This document shows positions 48,748 to 59,934 of a stretch of DNA of 64,000 nt, piece after piece (the stretch's first letter is position 1; each line of letters starts with the position of its first letter). This DNA is from an uncultured Alphaproteobacteria bacterium (GTDB taxonomy: Bacteria; Pseudomonadota; Alphaproteobacteria; Rs-D84), in the NCBI GenBank assembly GCA_944389535.1, contig CALXMS010000001.1, positions 214,178 through 278,177 on the forward strand, in the 5' to 3' direction. Made by a program: the position numbers and the translations under genes. The notes beneath the pieces are model-generated. The model was not told the origin of the DNA. It made no database searches and worked only from the letters and a program-made list of their open reading frames with translations.

Positions 48748-50760
48748 TTAGTATTGTTGACCGTTTATGCTCATTCCGAATTTAAATTGAATTGTCGTGT
48801 TACCCACGTAATCATATTTTATAGCGTTATCTTTACGATATTGCAAAGATAAGTAATAACATGGGTGAGTATAAAAGATACCACCAGAATGTCGCTGAAA
48901 TCTATCATATGTTGCGTTATATACAGCATTAAATTGTACCGACCACCTGTCTGTTATTTGTACCCCTATGCCGCCGTTAATTTCATTTATGTTTTCCCCC
49001 ATTGTATATTCGTCAATAAATTGCTGAGACCACATATGACTAATATTAATGAAATTTTTTGACTTCCATATATATGCAGATGTCTCTATGTGGCGTAAAG
49101 AAAGGTCTTCCTGATCAAATCTAAAGCGCGAAGTTATATTTAACCATTTTGAGTTATTATATCCTATTCTACCTACATAATCTGATGCACCATTATGAAA
49201 TCCGCTGTTTGGATTTATGTCTATTTTAGCATCAAAATCGTATGTTTGCCCCAGAAATAATTCAAATGTTTTTCCTTGGTTGTTAAAAGCAGAATATCGT
49301 ACACCATAGTCTGCGTATGTACCGTTTTCCCATAAGTCATAACCAGCAAAACGATTATCAGAAAATAAAGTAGTGTCTGACAAAAAAGTTCCTGCCGAAT
49401 CGTTGTTTAAAGTGAACTGATCTTCGTCAGTTTGTCTCATGACGGTTAATCTTGCGCGAGGTTCTATTATTTGTGTCCAATTGTTCGTAGGTTTAAATAA
49501 AGGCAGTCCCCATTCAACATAACCACTTGGCAGGAATCTGTCTTTTAATCCAGAAAAATCTGATGTATCTACCATTTCTGAGTTATTAAAATTATATACG
49601 TCGTAACGAGTAGATATGCTGGCGGTTAATCTGTTACCACCCCACAAAGTCCAAGGAGATACAATTCTTGCATCACCAATTAAACGCTGCGATGATGTAC
49701 CGTCACCTGATATGCCTAGAACGTCGGCATCAAAAACAAGGTATGTTTCTTTGAATAGTGGCGCGGTCTGGTAGGTTCCTCGTATATTCGGTAAAATATT
49801 ACCTGATGGTGACGCATATATGCCAGTTGATTGACGTAATTCTTGGAATATGTGTGCGTCTGCAACAACATAACTTGATTGCCCGAATAATTCTACTTTT
49901 GCACCAGAATCTAAATATGGTTGATCATCGTAAAAACCATATTTCTGCATAAAGGTTTTATCAGAAGCCCTTTCTAAAAATACTGTTGCACGGGCATACT
50001 CACCTAATGCAATAAGATCATTGTTAAATATGTACCAACGGTTTTCACCTGCCTGATTATGGGTAAATGCACCATGTGTTCGATATTCTGAATGATCCAT
50101 ATTTAGACGATGCTCTAACTTAAATAATGGATTTTCTTGCGTTAAATATGATGTTGTTACTGTTAAATCATGGGTGTCAGAAAAATTAATGTAAATAGGT
50201 ATATTTATTTGAGTCCCCATATTATTTGTAGACTCAAAGTCAGGCATTAAAAGCCCCGTTTTATATTTGACGCTTGGATCAGGCATTTCATAAAACGGTA
50301 ACCAAAAAACAGGTATGTCATAAGTCCATAACACAGGGTTAAAAAACAATAACATGTGTTCATTCATGTTGTGAATGATTTTTGATGCCCTTATTTCCCA
50401 TGCGTCTCCATATGCATCGCAGTCATCACATGCTGTAAACATGGCTTTGTATGCAATAGTTGTATCTTCATCATGAACTATGTGGTCTGATTCTATATAA
50501 ACATGATCACCCAACCACAGCTTTATGTCATTACCAGATAAATTATTACCGTTTTGTGATAAATATGAATCTGTTAGCGTCATGCGCTGACCGGTTTGAT
50601 TCGTTATTTCTGTGCTACCAGATGTTTTTATTGTGTCTGTTTTCGTGTCATATTCTATTTTATCTGATACAATTGTTTTCGGCGTTTCTATATCAACAGA
50701 CGCACCGTAAGCAAAATACGGTACGAAACAAAGCATAAAAAAGGGGTTAATTTTTTTCAT
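48748..50760 (-). CDS. lptD: LPS assembly protein LptD
   Basis: FTAC..C, WEIRA, PDPSVK.KTG.L.P, IEPR, LFSDNRF.G.D..E.G, HPC. Confidence 0.92.
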   Translation of the reverse strand: MKKINPFFMLCFVPYFAYGASVDIETPKTIVSDKIEYDTKTDTIKTSGSTEITNQTGQRMTLTDSYLSQNGNNLSGNDIKLWLGDHVYIESDHIVHDEDTTIAYKAMFTACDDCDAYGDAWEIRASKIIHNMNEHMLLFFNPVLWTYDIPVFWLPFYEMPDPSVKYKTGLLMPDFESTNNMGTQINIPIYINFSDTHDLTVTTSYLTQENPLFKLEHRLNMDHSEYRTHGAFTHNQAGENRWYIFNNDLIALGEYARATVFLERASDKTFMQKYGFYDDQPYLDSGAKVELFGQSSYVVADAHIFQELRQSTGIYASPSGNILPNIRGTYQTAPLFKETYLVFDADVLGISGDGTSSQRLIGDARIVSPWTLWGGNRLTASISTRYDVYNFNNSEMVDTSDFSGLKDRFLPSGYVEWGLPLFKPTNNWTQIIEPRARLTVMRQTDEDQFTLNNDSAGTFLSDTTLFSDNRFAGYDLWENGTYADYGVRYSAFNNQGKTFELFLGQTYDFDAKIDINPNSGFHNGASDYVGRIGYNNSKWLNITSRFRFDQEDLSLRHIETSAYIWKSKNFINISHMWSQQFIDEYTMGENINEINGGIGVQITDRWSVQFNAVYNATYDRFQRHSGGIFYTHPCYYLSLQYRKDNAIKYDYVGNTTIQFKFGMSINGQQY

Positions 50761-51815
50761 TTTTTACATAGTATGAATAGTGTTATACCCAAGGTTGTCA
50801 AGATTAATAATGTTAGTAATAAAAATTGACTTACGCTATCAATCATATTTGAAGTAGACATAAACAACGACATTACAACAGCCATGGCTGCAACGGCAAT
50901 TGCAGGGGCAAAACTTGCTCTTCTTCGCAATAAAGAAGACCGTAGTAATATTGCAGCGCATAATGCCGCTAGTATTAAGTTCATTATTGGACCCAAAAAT
51001 CTGGAACTTAATTCTGCCAGTACCATTTTGTGTTGTTTTTCTGATGGAGAATCTAATACAGATTTGATCAATATCGTTGTTGGTACTCTGCGAACCTTAA
51101 ACGAATTCTCGCCTTCTTTATCGGCGACGTTTAGATCCATATCAAAATTATCGAAAGTACCTGTGGTAAGTGTGTCACCTTTTGTTTGTAAAGAACCGTT
51201 TGTCATAACTAAAGACAGACCCCTAGGGGTAGAAACAAGCTTCCCTTTTTCGGCAAATATAGTTATAGGAGAGGCTTTGTCGCGCATATCAGATAACATT
51301 ACTTGGCTTAAATCGTGACCAGATACTTTATCAACATATACAACCAGACCATCTGCCAGTTCTGTAAAAGCAGATTCTTGTAACTTTAGATGAGCCAGCC
51401 CATAACGTAAATTCCACTGTGTTGAATAGAACATTGCTTGAGTTTGCGGTACAATCCAAACGTTTAAAACAAAGTGTAAAACGGTAAGAACAAGTGCCAT
51501 CGTTAAAGCGGGGCGAGCCAATTGCTTAGGCGACAAACCAGATGCCGTCATTACTGTTATTTCGTTATCTGATATAAGCTTATTATATATAAAAATAACT
51601 GAAATAAATGTTACGAATGGTATTATGATAGACATGATAAATGGTATCATAAGCATCGTCATGCCTAAAAAATTTGATAAATTTACGCCATAATTTAATA
51701 AAAACTTCATCATGGACATTATTTGTAACATCCATGCCAGACCTGTTAACACCAGTAACAGCATTACAAAAATCACGACCAATTGACGCGTAAAATATTT
51801 ATTAAGGATTTTCAT
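50757..51815 (-). CDS. lptF: LPS export permease LptF (LptF/G family)
   Basis: 3 TM + DNEITVMTASGLS...LARP + periplasmic domain + 3 TM. Confidence 0.88.
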   Translation of the reverse strand: MKILNKYFTRQLVVIFVMLLLVLTGLAWMLQIMSMMKFLLNYGVNLSNFLGMTMLMIPFIMSIIIPFVTFISVIFIYNKLISDNEITVMTASGLSPKQLARPALTMALVLTVLHFVLNVWIVPQTQAMFYSTQWNLRYGLAHLKLQESAFTELADGLVVYVDKVSGHDLSQVMLSDMRDKASPITIFAEKGKLVSTPRGLSLVMTNGSLQTKGDTLTTGTFDNFDMDLNVADKEGENSFKVRRVPTTILIKSVLDSPSEKQHKMVLAELSSRFLGPIMNLILAALCAAILLRSSLLRRRASFAPAIAVAAMAVVMSLFMSTSNMIDSVSQFLLLTLLILTTLGITLFILCKK

Positions 51816-51944
51816 ATTTTTAAAGTATAAAGCCCAAAACCCATAGCGTCAAATCTTATTTATAGTATGCTTACATTAAGTGTATATTTTTCTTGCATTT
51901 ATTCGATTCGACGTTAATAATAAGAATGTTCTTAAAAAGTTTTT

Positions 51945-51974
51945 AAGAGCGGGGTTGAAAAACCCCGCTCTTTC
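51945..51974 (+). promoter_or_regulatory. Terminator-like hairpin in nusA leader
   Basis: Perfect 12-bp stem AAGAGCGGGGTT-GAAA-AACCCCGCTCTT with a short U tract. Confidence 0.7.
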
Positions 51975-52012
51975 AGTAAAGAGACAAAAAAACAAATCGA
52001 AGGAGAAAGCAA

Positions 52013-53551
52013 ATGTCTTTTGTTTCTATGCCTCGTCAAGATTTGCTGCTGGCGATTGATTCATTGGCTCAGGAAAAGCAGATTGACCGTGAAATAGTTA
52101 TAGATTCTTTGGAAGCCGCGATTGCAAAAATTGCTAAACATAAATATGGTGAAGAATTTAATATAACAGCAGAAATAGACCGTAAAAATGGTTCTATTCA
52201 TGTAAAGCGCTTGTTTGAAGTAATTGATTCTCCGGAATCAAAGGGTGACGAATATGACGCTAATACAATGTTGACCGTAGAAAAGGCAAAAAAATACGCA
52301 AAGGATCCAAAGGTTGGTGACGTTGTTGAAGACCCTTTACCAGAACCAGAATTCGGTCGTATGGCATTTCAGACGGCAAAACAAATTATGACTGCACGTG
52401 TTCGTGACGCAGAAAAGGGTCGTCAATACGAAGAATTTAAAGATAATATCGGTGATATAGTAAGTGGCGTTGTTAAACGTATTGAATTCGGTAATGTTTT
52501 TGTTGATATTAACGGTAAAGCAGAAGGGTATATTAAAAGTACAGAACTGATACCAGGTGAACGCTTGGCGGTTGGCGATCGTGTTCGTGCGTTGATAATG
52601 GATGTTGCTCGTTCTAATTCTGGACCTCAAATATTTTTAACTCGTACACATCCGATGTTTATGGAAAAACTTTTCGTGCAAGAAGTTCCAGAAATTTATG
52701 AAGGGATAATTAAGATTAAATCTGTTGCTCGTGCCCCTGGAAGTCATGCAAAAATAGCCGTAGAAACACAAGATCCATCTATTGATGCAGTTGGTATGAC
52801 AGTGGGTATAAAGGGAACCAGAATTCAGCCGGTTATAAATGAATGTCATGGGGAAAAGATTGACGTAATTTTATATTCTGAAGACCCTGCTGTGTTCATT
52901 GTAAACGCTATGCAGCCGGCAAAAGTTGCAAAAATTATCGTAGATGAAGATACGCGCAGTGCGGCAGTTGTGGTAAACGAAGATCAGCAGTCTTTGGCAA
53001 TTGGACGTCGCGGTCAGAACGTTCGTTTGGCTTCTCAATTAACGGGTTGGAACATAGACGTTATGAACGAAGCAGAAGAACAAGAACGTCGTGCAAAAGA
53101 AGTTAAAGAAAAGACTGAATTGTTCATAAGTGCTTTAGATGTTGATGAAATGTTGGCGCATCTATTGATTACAGAAGGCTTTAGAACCATTGAAGAAATT
53201 GCTTTTGTTGATGTATCCGAATTACAGGGTATCGAAGGCTTTAACGTTGAATTGGCAACTGAATTACAGAATAGAGCAAAAAATTATCTGGCTCGTCAGG
53301 AAGAGAAATATAAAGAAGATGGACATAAGCTTGGTATGAAGGATGATTTGTTAAACTTTGATTTTATTAAACGTCCGATTATAATGCAGTTAGGTAATGC
53401 GGGAATAAAGTCTTTGGAAGATTTGGCAGACTTATCTACGGATGAGTTAATTGAAATCTTAGGTGAAGATACGATGAGTTCTCGTTTAGCCGGTCGCGTT
53501 ATAATGAAAGCGCGAGAACTGGCATATGGCATCACGCAGGGTGAAGAATAA
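52013..53551 (+). CDS. nusA: Transcription termination factor NusA
   Basis: FGR.AFQTAKQ, GEKID, SLAIGRRGQNVRLAS, acidic C-terminal repeats. Confidence 0.97.
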   Translation: MSFVSMPRQDLLLAIDSLAQEKQIDREIVIDSLEAAIAKIAKHKYGEEFNITAEIDRKNGSIHVKRLFEVIDSPESKGDEYDANTMLTVEKAKKYAKDPKVGDVVEDPLPEPEFGRMAFQTAKQIMTARVRDAEKGRQYEEFKDNIGDIVSGVVKRIEFGNVFVDINGKAEGYIKSTELIPGERLAVGDRVRALIMDVARSNSGPQIFLTRTHPMFMEKLFVQEVPEIYEGIIKIKSVARAPGSHAKIAVETQDPSIDAVGMTVGIKGTRIQPVINECHGEKIDVILYSEDPAVFIVNAMQPAKVAKIIVDEDTRSAAVVVNEDQQSLAIGRRGQNVRLASQLTGWNIDVMNEAEEQERRAKEVKEKTELFISALDVDEMLAHLLITEGFRTIEEIAFVDVSELQGIEGFNVELATELQNRAKNYLARQEEKYKEDGHKLGMKDDLLNFDFIKRPIIMQLGNAGIKSLEDLADLSTDELIEILGEDTMSSRLAGRVIMKARELAYGITQGEE

Positions 53552-53571
53552 TACTTAACGGAGTAGATTTT

Positions 53572-55959
53572 ATGGCGACATTAACACTTGGTAAATCTGT
53601 AACTATTGACGCAGTACAAAGTAAAAAAGGTGATGCGGTCTTTGTTGAACGCCGTCGGCGCGTTGTAGCCCCGGGTAGCAAGGAATTGCGCGAAGAACCG
53701 GTACAACCAACTGCGCCTAAGAATGCTGCTGATGAAAAATTACGTGCCGTATTAGAAGCAGCGCGTGCGCGCGAAGAAGAACGTCAAAAACGTGCCGCAG
53801 AAGAGGCGGCTCAGCGCGCAGCGCGCGAAGCAGAGATTGCACGTGAAACGCGTGAATATGAGCAAGTTAAAGAGCAATTAGCAGCACGTGAAAATGTCGC
53901 AGATGAAACGCCAGATGCTTCTGTTGAAGCAGTTGTCGCCGAACAAAGAAAACATTCTGCACCCCAATCAAGATCAAAGCAAAATCGGGATGAAGACGAC
54001 TTAGGACTTGGAAGGCCTTCTAAATTCACTAATTATAAAAAAGAATTTAAAAAAAACGGTAAGATATCTCTGCATGATATCGTAATCGGTAGTGAAGACG
54101 ATGATGAAGAAATAGGTTTACGTGGTGCCAATCGTCGGCGCTCTGAAGCTTCATTAAAGCGTTTCCGGGAAAAGGCCAGGGCCATATTTACAGCGCCACA
54201 GAAGGTTGAACATGTTGTAACTCTTGGTGATACGATTATTGTAAAAGATCTTGCTGCTGCTATGGCGGAAAAGGTTGGCAATGTAATTAAAAAATTGATG
54301 GAAATGGGCATGATGGTATCACAGAATCAATCAATTGATGCCGATACTGCTGAGTTGATCGCCGAGGAATTTGGGGCAAAGGTTAAAAGAGTAGATGTAA
54401 AACCTTATGCTGATCAATTAGAACGTCAACCTGATCCTGAACACTTACAGCCTCGGTCGCCTGTTGTAACGGTTGTTGGTCATGTTGATCACGGTAAAAC
54501 ATCGTTATTAGATGCTTTTCGTCATGCGAACGTTGCTGCTCGTGAAGCCGGAGGAATTACACAACATGTTTCTGCCTATGAAGTTAAAACAAAATCCGGA
54601 GAAATGATAACTTTCTTGGATACACCTGGGCACGAAACGTTTACTGCTATGCGCGCTCGTGGTGCACAGATGGCGGATATTGTTGTATTGGTGGTTGCCG
54701 CAAACGATTCTATTATGCCGCAAACAATAGAAGCGATAAATCATATTCGTGCGGCTAAGGTACCTTTTATAGTTGCAATAAATAAAATTGATTTGCCGGA
54801 TGCAGATCCGCAACGTGTTAAAACAGACTTACTACAACAAGAAGTACAAGTTGAAGAATTGGGCGGTGATGTTCAATGCGTTGAAATTTCTGCTACCAAA
54901 CATATTGGTTTGGATAAATTGGAAGAAGCCATTTTGCTACAGGCTGGTATAATGGATTTAAAGGCGGATCCAGACATGCCAGCGGTTGCATATGTTGTTG
55001 AAGCAAAAATGGAACGTGGTTTGGGTGCAACGGCAACTGTGTTAATGCGTCAAGGAACTTTAGCAATAGGTGATGTTTTCGTTGTTGGTGAAACATTTGG
55101 TCGTGTTCGCGGTTTGATAAATTCTGCGGGTGAACGGGTAAAATCTGTAAAGCCGGGACAACCTGTGGTTGTCTTAGGATTAGATACAGTTCCAAGTGCA
55201 GGAGATGAATTACATGTAATGGAAACAGAAGCTCAGGCTCGTGAAGTTGCGTCTTATAGAGCACAAAAGGTGCGCGATAAAGCCAATGCGGTTAAACGTT
55301 CTTCATTACAAGAATTGTTTGCAAAGCGTGATGCCGATAAGAAGTTAACTTTACCTATCGTTTTGCGGGCCGATGTACAAGGCAGCGTTGAAGCCATTAA
55401 TGATATGCTTAAAGAAATAAACTCAGATAAGGTAGCTGTTGATGTTTTATCTTCTGGGGTTGGACAGATTACAGAAGGCGATGTTCGATTGGCGGCTGCA
55501 TCTGGGGCTGTAATAATTGCTTTTAACGTACGCGCAGATTCTGCGGTTCGTGATATGGCTCGTGCTTCTGGTGTTGATATTCGTTATCATAGCGTCGTGT
55601 ATAGAATTACTGATGAAATAAAAGAAATTTTATCCGGTAAACTTGCACCGGAAAAGAAAGAAAACTTTATCGGTTATGCCGACGTCATAGCTTTGTTTAC
55701 AGTCGGCAAAGGAATTAAAGTTGCAGGATGTCGCGTAAGTGAGGGCGTTATAAAGAAAGATGCTTTTGTTCGCTTGTTACGCAATAACGTAGTTATCTAT
55801 GACGGTAAAATCGGAGAGTTGCGTCGTGAGAAAAACGAAGTTAAGGAAGTGTCCGGTGCAGGAGTTGAATTCGGTATGTCTTTTGATAAATATAATGATT
55901 TAAAAGAAGGTGATCGAGTCGAATGTTATGAAGTTGAAGAAGTTCGCGCAAAGTTGTAA
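53572..55959 (+). CDS. infB: Translation initiation factor IF-2
   Basis: [28 protein letters not shown]. Confidence 0.98.
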   Translation: MATLTLGKSVTIDAVQSKKGDAVFVERRRRVVAPGSKELREEPVQPTAPKNAADEKLRAVLEAARAREEERQKRAAEEAAQRAAREAEIARETREYEQVKEQLAARENVADETPDASVEAVVAEQRKHSAPQSRSKQNRDEDDLGLGRPSKFTNYKKEFKKNGKISLHDIVIGSEDDDEEIGLRGANRRRSEASLKRFREKARAIFTAPQKVEHVVTLGDTIIVKDLAAAMAEKVGNVIKKLMEMGMMVSQNQSIDADTAELIAEEFGAKVKRVDVKPYADQLERQPDPEHLQPRSPVVTVVGHVDHGKTSLLDAFRHANVAAREAGGITQHVSAYEVKTKSGEMITFLDTPGHETFTAMRARGAQMADIVVLVVAANDSIMPQTIEAINHIRAAKVPFIVAINKIDLPDADPQRVKTDLLQQEVQVEELGGDVQCVEISATKHIGLDKLEEAILLQAGIMDLKADPDMPAVAYVVEAKMERGLGATATVLMRQGTLAIGDVFVVGETFGRVRGLINSAGERVKSVKPGQPVVVLGLDTVPSAGDELHVMETEAQAREVASYRAQKVRDKANAVKRSSLQELFAKRDADKKLTLPIVLRADVQGSVEAINDMLKEINSDKVAVDVLSSGVGQITEGDVRLAAASGAVIIAFNVRADSAVRDMARASGVDIRYHSVVYRITDEIKEILSGKLAPEKKENFIGYADVIALFTVGKGIKVAGCRVSEGVIKKDAFVRLLRNNVVIYDGKIGELRREKNEVKEVSGAGVEFGMSFDKYNDLKEGDRVECYEVEEVRAKL

Positions 55960-55972
55960 TGTTCTTCTACAT

Positions 55973-56003
55973 AAAAAACACCGGTATTTACCGGTGTTTT
56001 TTT
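55973..56003. terminator. Bidirectional terminator infB/der
   Basis: AAAAAACACCGGT-ATTT-ACCGGTGTTTTTT. Confidence 0.85.
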
Positions 56004-57345
56004 AATTAAAAGGATTATCTTCTTTTTTGTATTCAATCACTATTGGTAAATGTTCCCAATGTAAAGCTTCTGCCAAACCACGCCTTAAATAACGTGTATA
56101 TGATTCTGGGATGTCTGAAGCGCCCCCAACGTTGATGGTTATCTTCATAGGGTGTCTTCCTGTTTGGCGTGCAAATTTGATTTTCATTGGACGTTTTAAC
56201 CTAGACATTGGTGGTTGGCGTGCCTCTATTAGCTTTTCAACTATACGATTTAGTAAACTGGTCGGTGCGTCACTATTCGATATGTCCCATTGTTCGTATA
56301 TGCGCTTAAACATGTTTTGTACACCAGAACCCGTTTCAGCAGATATTGCCAATATCATTGGTTTTATTATTTGATGAAAAGAATTTGTGAATTGGTGTTT
56401 TAATTTTAATAATTTTTCATCGCGAATAGCCGGTTCTACTAAATCCCATTTGTTTAGCGCAACGCATAATATTTTACCAGATTCATATATTCGTGCAGCA
56501 ATACCAAGAGCCTGATTTTCTATGTTTTTTGTGGCGTCCACAACTAATATTACTATATCTGCTTTTTCTATTGCATCGAGTGATTTTAGCGCGGATAAAG
56601 TTTCTACGTCGTCTTTTACCCCCGATTTACGGCGCAAACCCGCCGTGTCCATTAGAACGATATCACGACCATAAAAAGAAGTCGGTATTTTTACTGTATC
56701 CCTTGTTATACCAGGAGCATCAATAACTATCTGACGTTTATGACCTAATATCTTGTTCACTAACGTTGACTTACCAACGTTTGGCTGCCCCATTATTGCA
56801 ATATTGATTCTTTGCTTTGATTGTTCTTCTTCGGTTTTTTGGTGTACATCAGGAGAAATCTTATCTAAAAATTCATATATTCTATTAAAACCAGATTTAT
56901 GTTCTGCTGAAATCAGTACCGGTTCACCGAAGCCCAGTTTGTAAAATTCGCTTATGTCGGCAAGTTTTTTACCGGATTCTGTTTTGTTAGCTATTAATAA
57001 TACCGGTGCACGTGTCTTTTTGCGAATGTTTCTTGCCCAATCGATATCTGCCGAAGTTAAACCAACGCGACCGTCTACAACAAATAGAATTGCATCAGAA
57101 TTACTAATAGCGTCAAAAGCCATATTGGTTGAATCTGCCGCAATCCCGGATTTAGCGTTTTCTAAACCAGCAGTATCATATACTTCCCATGCACGATCGC
57201 GAATGGTTCCGCTGATGGTGTCACGTGTTACCCCGGGTCTATCGTGTACCAATGCATCACGAGTCCCCGTAAGAGCATTAAACAAAGTTGATTTGCCTGT
57301 GTTAGGACGACCGGCAATTGTAAGTTTTAACATTACTTTTTCCAT
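56002..57345 (-). CDS. der: Ribosome biogenesis GTPase Der (EngA)
   Basis: Two G domains (GRPNTGKS, GQPNVGKS; DTAG; NKxE/NKWD), SAEH; exact start uncertain. Confidence 0.96.
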   Translation of the reverse strand: MEKVMLKLTIAGRPNTGKSTLFNALTGTRDALVHDRPGVTRDTISGTIRDRAWEVYDTAGLENAKSGIAADSTNMAFDAISNSDAILFVVDGRVGLTSADIDWARNIRKKTRAPVLLIANKTESGKKLADISEFYKLGFGEPVLISAEHKSGFNRIYEFLDKISPDVHQKTEEEQSKQRINIAIMGQPNVGKSTLVNKILGHKRQIVIDAPGITRDTVKIPTSFYGRDIVLMDTAGLRRKSGVKDDVETLSALKSLDAIEKADIVILVVDATKNIENQALGIAARIYESGKILCVALNKWDLVEPAIRDEKLLKLKHQFTNSFHQIIKPMILAISAETGSGVQNMFKRIYEQWDISNSDAPTSLLNRIVEKLIEARQPPMSRLKRPMKIKFARQTGRHPMKITINVGGASDIPESYTRYLRRGLAEALHWEHLPIVIEYKKEDNPFN

Positions 57346-57399
57346 TGATTTTTTTTTATTATAAAGCAAAAATATAAATAATCAAATCGGGGGTAAAAA

Positions 57400-57996
57400 A
57401 TGATGAAAAAAATTAAAAAGGGTTTAAATCGCTTAAAAAATTTGTTGATAAATCCGAAACGTTATTTTACCAAAATCGTTGCTGACGGTAATATGGAAGA
57501 GGCAATGTTAAAAGCCTTTATATATGGTTTAATAGGCGGATGCTTGGTGTTGTTACTACATCTGATGGGTGGGGCAACTATTACTATAGGTTCTGTGTTT
57601 ACGGCTTTAATAATTGTGCCTGTTTTAGCGGTTGCTTTATTGTTCGTGTTTGGTGGTTTAATGATGCTGGTTTCTGAAATTACAGGTGGAGAAAGAGATT
57701 GGGAAATAGCAATTAAGGGATTGGCTTCTGTATTTTTCGTATACCCGTTGGTTTTGGTATTAAACGCACTAGCATTTAACTGTACGTCAATATGGATAAT
57801 AAGCTTGCTTGTTGACGCATATGTTTTATACTTGTTTTATAATATTGCTTTATATTGTATGCGCGGAAAACGCAGCAATGTAATAATTGTCATTGCTATA
57901 TTAGCGTTGTTCCTGATAACTATTTATGCGACTGATTATCGTATAGGATGGTTTATGTTGAAAAACACAAGTGCAACTTTAGCGTGCCTATTATAA
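57400..57996 (+). CDS. Yip1-family membrane protein
   Basis: LLINPKRYF N-terminal motif, about 5 TM helices, ITGG turn. Confidence 0.7.
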   Translation: MMKKIKKGLNRLKNLLINPKRYFTKIVADGNMEEAMLKAFIYGLIGGCLVLLLHLMGGATITIGSVFTALIIVPVLAVALLFVFGGLMMLVSEITGGERDWEIAIKGLASVFFVYPLVLVLNALAFNCTSIWIISLLVDAYVLYLFYNIALYCMRGKRSNVIIVIAILALFLITIYATDYRIGWFMLKNTSATLACLL

Positions 57997-58005
57997 TTTG
58001 CATGC

Positions 58006-58110
58006 TTGATTTACGACGCTTTTTGTGATATAATAGTATCACGTTAAGATTTTAAGTCCGTCATTGACGGGCTTTTTTTTACCTCATACAAATTTGTATG
58101 GGGTATTTTT
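58006..58110 (+). promoter_or_regulatory. Tail-fibre gene leader: sigma70 promoter, operator-like palindrome, two tandem hairpins
   Basis: TTGATT-N17-TATAAT; GTGATA-N6-TATCAC over the -10; AAGTCCGTC-ATT-GACGGGCTT-T tract; ACCTCATACA-AATT-TGTATGGGGT-ATTTTT. Confidence 0.7.
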
Positions 58111-58134
58111 ATAAATAAACCAAAAGGGAAATCA

Positions 58135-59925
58135 ATGTATATGATAAAATATACTGGTGACGGGGCAACAACTGAATTTGAGTTTGAGTTCCCGTTTTTT
58201 AAATTTGCTGATATAAAAATTTCTGTAAATTCTGTAATTTTAACAGACGGAAGTTTTTCTATAATTACTTCAGATACCCCAAAGTATGACGGAATGTATA
58301 CTGGTGGTAGAGTTGTGTTTACCGTTGCCCCTGTATCCGGTGCAGAAATTCGTATATGGAGAAAAATAGATCTGTCTCGTACAATTGATTATCAACCGAC
58401 TTTACCGATAACGCCAGATAACTTAAACGCGGATTTTAATTTCTTATTAGAATATTTAAAAGATTTGTATGAGTTAGACGGGGATGTGGCAAATATCGAA
58501 AATGCACTAGAGTTTCTGGATACTATAGCAGAACAAATAGAAGCGCTTGGTGATATCGGAGAATTAGCAAAAAAAGATGAAATTCCGGACGTAAGTAATT
58601 TCGCTTTAAAAAACCATACTCATGATATGTCTGAGTATGCCGTAAATAGCGTCGTTTCAGAAGAACTTGCTAATAAGTTGAATAAAAATCAGGGTATTGC
58701 AAATTATGGTAAGGTAATGCAAGTTGGTGCAGATGGTAATTTATTTCCGTCGTCCGAAGCCAATGGTCTGATATACGTAAATCATGACAATACACTGAAC
58801 GGAACTGGTACAAATTCTCAACCTTTAAGCGTTGCAGAAGAAGAGAAAATAAGTAATAAAATTACTAATTGTATATTAAATGTACCACAGAACATAGACT
58901 TAAGTTTAGAAAACGGGGTTTTGAAATTAAAAGCAGGAAGTACCGTATATGTTCCAAATGGGGTCGGGGTATATAATAAAAATACATTGGTTTCTGACGG
59001 GGTTTTTCAGTTACAAAACTTTGGCCAATCCAAAGGTGTTTTGGTATATGGTTTACAGGATGATTATTTCCCGTTTGAAAGAACTTGGGCCGGACCAACT
59101 GAACCAACAAACTTATCCGGAAATACGCATATTTGGTATGATACCGCAAATAATGTAATAAAATATACAAGTAATGCTGGAACGACATGGAACACATATA
59201 ATATTTCTTTACCGATTGCCGTTGTTTCAATGGATTCTAGTGGCACAATAACAAGTATAGACCAAGTTTTTAACGGTTTTGGTTTTATAGGGAATCTGGT
59301 TTATGCTCTGCCCGATTTAAGAGTGTCGGAACCAAATGGTAGAAATACCAATGGTACCAATAAAAGCATTGTAGAATCTGTAAATAACGTCATAACGTTT
59401 TTGGTTCAAGATAATAATAGAACGGAAGTTTATGCAAATGCTAATTACATTGTTTGTGTGCCTAAAAAAACCTATACATATAATGCCGAGAAGAATATAT
59501 TTTTATATCCCGACGGAACGCAAAGATTTTATGCTAAAATTGCTGATATAAAAATAGAAAACTCAAAAATAATAGATATGTACCAAAAGTTGAGTTTCCA
59601 GGCAACTGATTATAATGAAGCGGATTTTGTGACGGAATACCAGTTGCCAACGTCAGATAATAATTATACGTGGTATAGGTTATATAAATCTGGCTGGGTA
59701 GAACAAGGTGGAAAATATACGAATTTAACCAATCAAAGCATAACATTACCCATAGAACTTGTGGATGCAAATTATACACCTGTGCTTGGTTACGATACGT
59801 CGTCTGCAAATAACGCACAATATTCAGGATTATCATATTCTAATAAAACGACAACTGGATTTGTTATATCAAATGCAGGGCAGATTAACGGTGGTTGGGT
59901 CGTATGCTATAAATCTAAAAAATAG
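58135..59925 (+). CDS. Phage tail fibre protein (T7 gp17-like N-terminal anchor)
   Basis: YTGDGATTEFEFEFPF...I.V...I.I.R...LNADF N-terminus; WYDTANN; C-terminal WYRLYKSGWVEQGG. Confidence 0.85.
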   Translation: MYMIKYTGDGATTEFEFEFPFFKFADIKISVNSVILTDGSFSIITSDTPKYDGMYTGGRVVFTVAPVSGAEIRIWRKIDLSRTIDYQPTLPITPDNLNADFNFLLEYLKDLYELDGDVANIENALEFLDTIAEQIEALGDIGELAKKDEIPDVSNFALKNHTHDMSEYAVNSVVSEELANKLNKNQGIANYGKVMQVGADGNLFPSSEANGLIYVNHDNTLNGTGTNSQPLSVAEEEKISNKITNCILNVPQNIDLSLENGVLKLKAGSTVYVPNGVGVYNKNTLVSDGVFQLQNFGQSKGVLVYGLQDDYFPFERTWAGPTEPTNLSGNTHIWYDTANNVIKYTSNAGTTWNTYNISLPIAVVSMDSSGTITSIDQVFNGFGFIGNLVYALPDLRVSEPNGRNTNGTNKSIVESVNNVITFLVQDNNRTEVYANANYIVCVPKKTYTYNAEKNIFLYPDGTQRFYAKIADIKIENSKIIDMYQKLSFQATDYNEADFVTEYQLPTSDNNYTWYRLYKSGWVEQGGKYTNLTNQSITLPIELVDANYTPVLGYDTSSANNAQYSGLSYSNKTTTGFVISNAGQINGGWVVCYKSKK

Positions 59926-59934
59926 GGGAAAGAT

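Noticed and set aside
53836-53849. ATTGCACGTGAAAC as canonical parS
   Set aside because: Two mismatches and explained by infB codons (IARET)
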